In this document: in pieces, positions 63,026-64,000 of the stretch
How positions within the stretch are numbered: position 1 is the stretch's first letter
Layout: every line of letters starts with the position of its first letter
Origin: Bacteroidaceae bacterium
Lineage (GTDB): Bacteria; Bacteroidota; Bacteroidia; Bacteroidales; Bacteroidaceae
Direction: 5' to 3'
Assembly (NCBI GenBank): GCA_045535555.1
Contig: JAZSLV010000003.1
Coordinates: 2,117-66,116, forward strand
Length of the DNA stretch: 64,000 nt
Notes under the pieces: generated by a model
Told to the model about the DNA's origin: nothing
Databases searched by the model: none
What the model saw: only the letters and a program-made list of their open reading frames with translations
Translations under genes and position numbers: made by a program

Positions 63026-64000
63026 TTATTCACTGACATCCAACCCGTCAAGTAACTCAATGTAACGTGGAACAGCCTGTTCCAACTCCGTCAGGGTCAC
63101 ATACTCGTCGGCCGTATGAGAACGTGCTGACTGTCCCGGCCCCAGCTTGAATGAGGAGCATGACAGTATTGCCTGGTCAGAGAGTGTAGGTGATCCGTAG
63201 GGTTTCATACCCAGGCTCTCAGCCTTGCGGATTATGGGATGAGTGACATCTATTCTTGATGAGTTCAGGTTGAATGAGCGCGCCTTGACCTCACAATACC
63301 CGGGCAACATGCCGCTGATGATGTCAAACACCTCATGGTTGGAGTAAAGCTCATTGGTGCGGACATCGGCCGTAAAGGTACAGGTGTCGGGGATTACGTT
63401 GTGCTGTGTTCCGGCATTGATCATCGTTATGGTAAACTTGACCGGACCAAGCAAGTCAGATACCTTATCAAACTTGAATGTACGTATTTTTTCAATCAGC
63501 TCAGTGGCGCGGTAAAGTGCATTTATGCCCTCGTTACGTGCAGCATGTCCGGCCTTACCGTGAACAGTAAAGTCCAGTACCATCAAACCCTTCTCGGCCA
63601 CAGCCGGCTGCATTCCGGTAGGCTCGCCAATGATTGCCACATCCACCTTGGGCAGGCTCTGCACTGCCAGCTTCATGCCGTTCTGGCCGTTACGCTCCTC
63701 CTCGACCGTAGCCAGGAACAGAGGGTTGTAAGACTGAGGTTTGTTGTCCAACTCATAGAAAGCATATAACAGCGAAACCAGTCCTGCACCGTCATCATTG
63801 CTGCCCAGTCCATACAGCTTTCCGTCCTCAACGGTAGGAGTGAACGGATCCTTTGTCCAGCCTGCAACCGGCTTTACGGTATCCATATGGCTGTTGAGCA
63901 GAATAGTAGGCTTGGCGGGATCATAACTGTGACCGTAGCACAGCAGGTTAAGCCCAATGCACTCGGGCTTGTAGCCATGACTCTCCATATCGGCCTTCAA
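63026..64000 (-). CDS. M20-family metallopeptidase (ArgE/DapE-type deacylase), C-terminal 324 codons; 5' end outside the window
   Basis: LNSHMDTV, GSNDDGAG and EEE..GQNG metal-ligand motifs, plus the dimerisation-domain pattern. Confidence 0.85.
   Translation of the reverse strand: MKADMESHGYKPECIGLNLLCYGHSYDPAKPTILLNSHMDTVKPVAGWTKDPFTPTVEDGKLYGLGSNDDGAGLVSLLYAFYELDNKPQSYNPLFLATVEEERNGQNGMKLAVQSLPKVDVAIIGEPTGMQPAVAEKGLMVLDFTVHGKAGHAARNEGINALYRATELIEKIRTFKFDKVSDLLGPVKFTITMINAGTQHNVIPDTCTFTADVRTNELYSNHEVFDIISGMLPGYCEVKARSFNLNSSRIDVTHPIIRKAESLGMKPYGSPTLSDQAILSCSSFKLGPGQSARSHTADEYVTLTELEQAVPRYIELLDGLDVSE

Overview
This is a 64-kb chromosomal window from a Bacteroidales-type (Bacteroidota) genome. 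The taxon call is an inference. It rests on repeated TAnnTTTG -7 promoter boxes about 15-65 nt upstream of start codons, a MurF-Alr fusion gene, GH97/GH2/GH94 glycosidases, an LptD_2-like protein, and the coaX/TPR/LptC/CorC/PpiD envelope cluster. GC looks mid-range (about 50%) by eye, and I cannot assign a genus.

Most of the window is tightly packed housekeeping sequence:
- secA (partial; missing from the supplied ORF track)
- ilvD-ilvB-ilvN-ilvC
- the envelope cluster
- slyD, aroC, pgi, gpsA, lysS, tRNA-Arg(CCG), ung, asnA
- an lptD-like gene and GH2 lacZ
- dnaA (so the replication origin may be nearby)
- class II RNR nrdJ, folB
- a GH94 phosphorylase/transporter locus
- murF-alr, dxs, trkAH, and an M20 peptidase (partial)

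I saw no rRNA, CRISPR array, transposase or integrase.

Two small accessory-looking insertions stand out:
1. A visibly AT-richer islet at 2.0-3.5 kb. It holds a DUF4160/DUF2442 gene pair, a small acidic lipoprotein, and an unusually long structured non-coding gap.
2. At 60.8-62.7 kb, a compact two-gene operon encoding a short ABC-type ATPase and a DUF4435/TOPRIM-like protein. This resembles PARIS/split-OLD systems. It is my best candidate for an unclassified defence module.

Secondary curiosities:
- a translationally coupled operon of DUF6057-like membrane protein, CXXCH beta-propeller lipoprotein and SPOR-amidase
- a DUF4105-alkaline-phosphatase in-frame fusion
- a SlyD with a Cys/Gly/Asp repeat tail
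- repeat-bearing intergenic regions flanking dnaA

All calls come from reading the sequence and translations by eye. No database search was run.
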